This document shows, in pieces, positions 59,420 to 64,000 of a DNA stretch of 64,000 nucleotides. The stretch lies in IMG/VR virus record IMGVR_UViG_3300033150_001690. One strand, 5' to 3'. The position numbers were made by a program, and so were the translations under genes. Each line of letters opens with the position of its first letter. The first letter of the stretch is position 1. The notes under the pieces were generated by a model. That model saw only the letters and a list, made by a program, of their open reading frames with translations. It searched no databases and had not been told where the DNA came from. The stretch is from an uncultured virus (IMG/VR IMGVR_UViG_3300033150_001690) (taxonomy: Duplodnaviria; Heunggongvirae; Uroviricota; Caudoviricetes).

Positions 59420-61894
59420 TGGGAGGAGTAAAAATACCTCTTAATTGTATCTTATGTGGAAGAAAATATCTGAAGAAGGACTGGAGAGATCATTTAAGGA
59501 GAGATCATAGAATACCTGAAAAATTTATTGATAAGTATAAGTTCTTCGTTATAAGAAGAAGTGATACTAACATTCCTGTTATAGAAGACAGTAAATGTCC
59601 TTCCTGTGGGTCAACTATTTCTCCTAAGATATTATATTGGAGACAAGATGGACCCGAAGAAGAGGTAAGTAAAGCAAGAAGGTTATATCATCTTCCTCTT
59701 CTTCTCACTGGATACTGTCCTAATTGTGGTCAGTTAGTCTTCATACGTAAAGTTTATTTGATTAAAGAAGGTGACCAGGTCACAGGTGAAAAGCAATGAG
59801 AACAGAAGAAGAGATAAGAAAGAAGTTAGATACTCTTCGTAGAATGAGAAGATATGAGTTTAGTAGATGGAAGGGAGTACTATTTGACCAGAAGATTAGA
59901 GCATTAGAATGGGTCCTAGAGGAGTTGGAGGACCTATGATCCCTAGATGTCCTGTATGTAAACACCCATTAGAAGAAGTTAGGGAAGAATATAGATCTGT
60001 TTCTACATACAAATATTCTTCTAATGATCAAGGATATGACGTAATTAAAGATGAAGAAAACTTTGTTTTAGTATGTCCTTATTGTGGTTCTGTTCTTCCT
60101 AATAAAGTAGCTGAGAAGATTATTCCTAAACTTCCACTTCCTTCTTCTATTAATCTCTAAATGAGGAGAATTTGATGTGTAATGTTAGATGTGCAAACTG
60201 TGGTCGTATAATAGATTCTGAAGATTCTGGAGAAACAGCCTTTTGTGAACAATGTTATAAAGAAGTAATCAAAGAGGTAGAGAGAAAAGCATATTTAGAA
60301 GGATTTAATCACGCAATAGAACTATTAGAAGTAACTTATAAAGAACTAACTAAAGAAAAATAATGATAGACCCTCCACTAAAGAAGTTCTTCTTCTTTAA
60401 GGGAGAAAGGTCGGTATACATGAGAGATCCAAACATTTTTAGAGAGTTTAATTTAGAAGAAGAGGCACACATAGATGAAGTGGTTCATGTATTGGAAGAA
60501 TTAGAACACTGGTCTACTTCACCATTGAAGGAGAAGATAGAGTGTAGACTAAGAGAGTAAAGGAGGTGAGAATGAATGAACAAAATAGTGATTCCCTTAG
60601 AAGAGCTCCTAAGAGTAGTTTGGAAGAAACATAATGGTGAGATGACAGATGAAGATGTGGAAGAATGGTTCGAGAGAAAGACATCTGCTTCTTCAAATAA
60701 GGAGGAAGAAGATTGATAGAAAATCTCGTTGTAATTGGAATGATCGGAGAAATAGTGAAGTTATTAGGATATCTTATATTAGAAGAACATGGAAATGAAA
60801 GAATAACTTCATGGGGATGTTCTCTGTTTTCTTCTGGTGTTAGCAGGTCTATTTCTCTAAAGGAGGTATGAACTTGCTTATTCTTCAGAAGTTTAGTTGT
60901 CCTAACTGTAGATACTTCTATAGAGTATTGTCTGAGGTCTATACTGATAAACAAAAGGAGGTCTTAGAGACACAGGAGGTATCCTGTCCTAGATGTAATA
61001 CTAGAATGAATCTTATTACTGAAGAAGTATCAGACATCTTCTCTTCAGTTAAAGATGGAGAAAACATTAGAATATATCTCTTTGGAGATGAAATAGTGAA
61101 TATCTCTCCTGAAGAGATTAGAGTTAATTTAGGTAATTTGATCTTCAATGGATTTAATGGTCTTGTTTCTATTGAATATTCTCTAAATAATATTGTTTCT
61201 TTAGAGGTCTTTCCTGACTCTCAAAGTTATGCATTTTTCAAGAAGAAGAACAAAAAGAAATTAGGAGAATAGAACATGTCTAAGAATTGGAAGAGAAGAT
61301 TTAAGAGACTTCATAAACGATTTATAAAAGAAATGACCAGTATTCTAGAGTCTTCTAAGCTTCTAAGTGAAGAGAAACTTCTACAAGTAATTGGGACCTG
61401 GAATTTAGATCTATCTGAGGTCTACAATTTTCTAGTAAGTGAAGAGAAGAAGAAAAAGAGATTAACAGAAGGAGTTAAAGAGGCTAAGAATAATAAACAA
61501 GAGTCTTCTAATAACGAAGAACTGAAGAGGGCAACTTCTACTTCATCTTATTATGGATACTCCTATGTTGTATATCCTTCCACTAAGAAAATAAGTGAAG
61601 TGGAGAAGGATTTAGATTGAGTAAGATAGAAGAATTAAAAAAATATGTTCTTCAGTTGAGAAATAAAACAATAACTGATAAAGAGATCGCCCAAGTAATG
61701 AAATTAATTAATGAAGCATTAGACGAAACATATACTTCAGGTTATAGTCAAGGATCTTATGAAGGATACGAAGAAGGATACCATGCTAGATATGAGAGTT
61801 AGGAGGTAATATTTAAAAGAAAAACAGGATTACCTTATTCTTATGATCTTATTCTTCAGAATTATATCAGAAGATAGTTAAAGAGAGGAGAATA

Positions 61895-62791
61895 ATGACG
61901 ATTTATATTCTAACTAATGTGACCTCTTCATTATATAATAAACCTACAGGTCTAAAACTAGCAGAACTAGGAGGGTTTACTCCAATTAGACCTAGTGACC
62001 TGGTCAACCTTCATCCTGAGAGAGGAGATGTATTAATACGATATGGTATTTCTTCTTATCCCAATAAAGACCTAGAGTTTACCATAGGTTGGGTCTTTAA
62101 TAAAGCAGATGATATCAGGAAGGCTTCTAATAAACTAATAGCTTCTAGAATCATGTATACTCATTCTATTGATACTCCTAAGATATGGACCAACAAAGAT
62201 CTAATAACAGAAGATGATCTTCCTGTTTTAGGAAGAGATCAGTATCATTCCAGAGGATCTGATATTGTCTTCATAGATACCATGGAGAAGTTAAGAAGAA
62301 GTCATAAAGACTATTACTCCAAATTTATACCTTCAATAGCAGAGTATAGACTTCATGTGTTTAAAGGAGAGCCAATTAGATTAAGTAAGAAGATCCCTAC
62401 TGAAGAAGAGAGTATTATTCATAACTTTGAGAATGGCTATAGATTTATGGATAGATGGGGGAGAGAAGAGGGAGATCTAGAACTAGAAACTAATGTAGTA
62501 ATACCTGCTGGTCTAAGGGCTATAGAGGTCTTTAACTTAGATTTTGGAGCAGTTGATATTCTAATATCTGAAGGGAAAACTCCATATATATTGGAGGTTA
62601 ATACTGCTCCTAGATTAAATAAATATGGAAGACAATTATATGTTTACTACTTCAGGTCTAAGTGTATGAGTGAAGATGATGACCCAGGGAAGTATGCTTA
62701 TACTAATTATTCTAGATTAAGATTAAATGAAGGACCACTAAGTAATGGTCTACCTATAACGTTTAGAGATATTGTAAAAAGAAGGAGGTGA
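61895..62791 (+). CDS. ATP-grasp ligase (RimK/YheC-like)
   Basis: ASNK, EYRLHVF, LDFGAVDI, ILEVNTAP. Confidence 0.88.
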   Translation: MTIYILTNVTSSLYNKPTGLKLAELGGFTPIRPSDLVNLHPERGDVLIRYGISSYPNKDLEFTIGWVFNKADDIRKASNKLIASRIMYTHSIDTPKIWTNKDLITEDDLPVLGRDQYHSRGSDIVFIDTMEKLRRSHKDYYSKFIPSIAEYRLHVFKGEPIRLSKKIPTEEESIIHNFENGYRFMDRWGREEGDLELETNVVIPAGLRAIEVFNLDFGAVDILISEGKTPYILEVNTAPRLNKYGRQLYVYYFRSKCMSEDDDPGKYAYTNYSRLRLNEGPLSNGLPITFRDIVKRRR

Positions 62792-62795
62792 AGAA

Positions 62796-62984
62796 TTGGA
62801 AGAAGAAGACATGAAGTTCTTCTTTACATTCTTTCTATTGATTCTTTTATGAATCTTCAACTTATTAGGAGAAGTATCTAAACTAACAGAAAATACAGTT
62901 CATCAAGTAATTGCTATAATAGGATCAACTATTTGTATTATTGGTCTTGTTCTAGCATACATAGGAGACAGAATATTCTCTTAG
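62796..62984 (+). pseudogene. Two-TM membrane protein gene interrupted by an in-frame TGA (62850-62852)
   Basis: MEEEDMKFFFTFFLLILL*IFNLLGEVSK...IAIIGSTICIIGLVLAYIGDRIFS*, preceded by GGAGGTGA RBS. Confidence 0.5.
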
Positions 62985-63048
62985 TCTTCCTTCCTTGGAA
63001 TCCTGAATGAGGAGTACCTCTTCAGGACAAGGAGAGTGAAGAAGAAAT

Positions 63049-63255
63049 ATGAAAATATATTGTAAAATAGAAGATGTTTCTATGGATCCAGAAGGGAATA
63101 TAGTGTTGTTCTTTAGTAAAGAAAAAGAGACAACTAGAGAAGTTACAATATCTTTATTGAAGAATTGGATAGGTCAAGAAGTTATTATCACAATATCTCC
63201 TTTGGTAAGAAGACATGACCAGGTCACGGAGGATATAGGAATTGAAGGTGTATAA
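63049..63255 (+). CDS. Hypothetical protein
   Basis: ORF between the two ligase genes. Confidence 0.55.
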   Translation: MKIYCKIEDVSMDPEGNIVLFFSKEKETTREVTISLLKNWIGQEVIITISPLVRRHDQVTEDIGIEGV

Positions 63256-64000
63256 ACAAGGAGTAGAACTAGAAGGATTTGTAGTAGAAGAAGATGCTAC
63301 ACCACTAGTGAAGGATCATAATCTCCATGCTGAAATGACCGATCTCTTCAAACATCGAATCTTTAATAGATATTACTACGATGATAGTAAGCCAGAGTTT
63401 CCTTCTAATCCATATAAATCTGTAGGAGGTCTAGCTAATCATCTTTCTTCAGTGATATCTGGAGCAACAGATCTAGCTAAGAGTAAGAATGTAAACTATA
63501 TATTAACAGGATGCTTCCCATTCTGGCAGGACTTCGCTTCAGGTCATATCCACACATCTCTAGTAGATATGAAGGAAGATGCCTGGAAGGAGATGAAGAG
63601 GAAGTTATATAACGCACAACCTATGATAGCTCTTCTATCTGCTAATTCTCCACTAATGAAGGGAGTGTTTAAAGCTAGTGATGTTAGACTCTCCTTCTCT
63701 TCTTGGAGTAGATTTACTGATTATGATAGAGATACTTCTGATCACTATATGGCATTAGCCAAAGGAGAAGGAGGAGCTACTCTGGAGTGTAGAATACCTT
63801 CTTCATCTTCTCTATATCAGATACTTGGTATAGCAATATTCATTAGAATATTGTTAGAAGACGAAGATACTACTCTTCCTATATTCTATACTAGAGAGAT
63901 CTTTGATAGGGTAACTAAATATGGATCAGAAACACTAGTTCCTGTTGGTCTTCCTAAAGGAGTGACCTATCACGGAGTAAAACTGAAGAAGGCACATGTT
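63242..64000 (+). CDS. Glutamate-cysteine ligase family 2 / carboxylate-amine ligase (3'-truncated by the window; absent from the ORF track)
   Basis: Manual translation gives GVELEG, GHIHTS, ALLSANSP, TLECRIP. Confidence 0.8.
   Translation, partial: MKVYKQGVELEGFVVEEDATPLVKDHNLHAEMTDLFKHRIFNRYYYDDSKPEFPSNPYKSVGGLANHLSSVISGATDLAKSKNVNYILTGCFPFWQDFASGHIHTSLVDMKEDAWKEMKRKLYNAQPMIALLSANSPLMKGVFKASDVRLSFSSWSRFTDYDRDTSDHYMALAKGEGGATLECRIPSSSSLYQILGIAIFIRILLEDEDTTLPIFYTREIFDRVTKYGSETLVPVGLPKGVTYHGVKLKKAHV

Larger units (their letters stand above)
53321..61802 (+). other. Array of about 30 small, tightly coupled hypothetical ORFs (probable early/host-takeover region), many with CxxC Zn ribbons
   Basis: Co-oriented short ORFs with GGAGG/GGTGA RBS; CxxC pairs in 54690, 55471, 57822, 58714, 58911, 59419, 59909, 60172, 60868. 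Confidence 0.75.
453..63226. repeat. Dispersed palindrome TGACCNGGTCA (at least 16 perfect copies)
   Basis: Starts at 453, 4987, 5774, 6736, 10079, 18566, 19722, 21849, 30225, 40187, 42418, 51266, 58275, 59772, 61996, 63216. Confidence 0.9.
1..64000. mobile_element. Tailed archaeal dsDNA virus (Caudoviricetes, siphovirus-like) genome segment
   Basis: Portal, prohead protease, HK97-like MCP, head-tail connectors, tail tube, tape measure and terminase genes; archaeal RadA and archaeal-type RBS/TATA signals; no host housekeeping operons. Confidence 0.93.

Noticed and set aside
1633..61148. Numerous short minus-strand or nested ORFs in the ORF track (e.g. 1633, 5559, 12987, 33490, 60514; plus-strand 50142, 51084)
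   Set aside because: They are shadows of longer, motif-bearing genes, have S/L/F-rich antisense composition and lack RBS
63001..63027. SECIS element for the upstream in-frame TGA
   Set aside because: The GAA is fully paired rather than in the GAA/A internal loop, and Sec in a TM helix without redox context is implausible
1..64000. CRISPR array, tRNA or rRNA genes
   Set aside because: No regularly spaced repeats or cloverleaf/T-loop signatures seen by eye; intergenic space is minimal. tRNAscan/CRISPR tools were not run
1..64000. Alternative genetic code
   Set aside because: Long genes are intact under the standard code and TAA, TAG and TGA all terminate genes; only one in-frame TGA was noted

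Overview
This 64 kb window is part of the genome of a tailed dsDNA archaeal virus (Caudoviricetes). It is siphovirus-like: tail tube, tail chaperones with a -1 frameshift and tape measure are present, and no sheath gene was seen. An anaerobic archaeal host is indicated by RadA, GGTGA/GGAGG ribosome-binding sites, BRE/TATA-like promoters, frequent TTG/GTG starts and class III RNR; K/E/I-rich proteins hint at thermophily. Modules in order: recombination/partition genes (RadA, RPA-like, ParB; 0-4.7 kb); putative lysis genes plus portal (4.8-7.8 kb); DNA methyltransferase and phosphoesterase; a 10-gene glycosylation cluster (10.7-20.2 kb); NrdD; fibre/adhesin genes (22-29.5 kb); a 1880-aa nucleic-acid end-processing polyprotein; head and tail genes (35-49.5 kb); terminase genes on the minus strand; a compositionally distinct 2.3 kb block; many small, probably early ORFs; and an ATP-grasp plus carboxylate-amine ligase pair. 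Four observations stand out. (1) The polyprotein (MBL hydrolase, ASCH, NTase, ATP-dependent ligase, up to three LigD-type phosphoesterases) carries a near-exact copy of the major capsid protein N-terminal peptide, which suggests a virion-packaged repair machine. (2) At least 16 perfect copies of the palindrome TGACCNGGTCA are embedded mostly in coding sequence. (3) GRYC tetramers are abundant genome-wide but absent from the 2.3 kb block next to the terminase genes. (4) An intergenic bulge-helix-loop hairpin has a loop resembling a solitary CRISPR repeat. All calls come from reading motifs by eye; no database searches were run.
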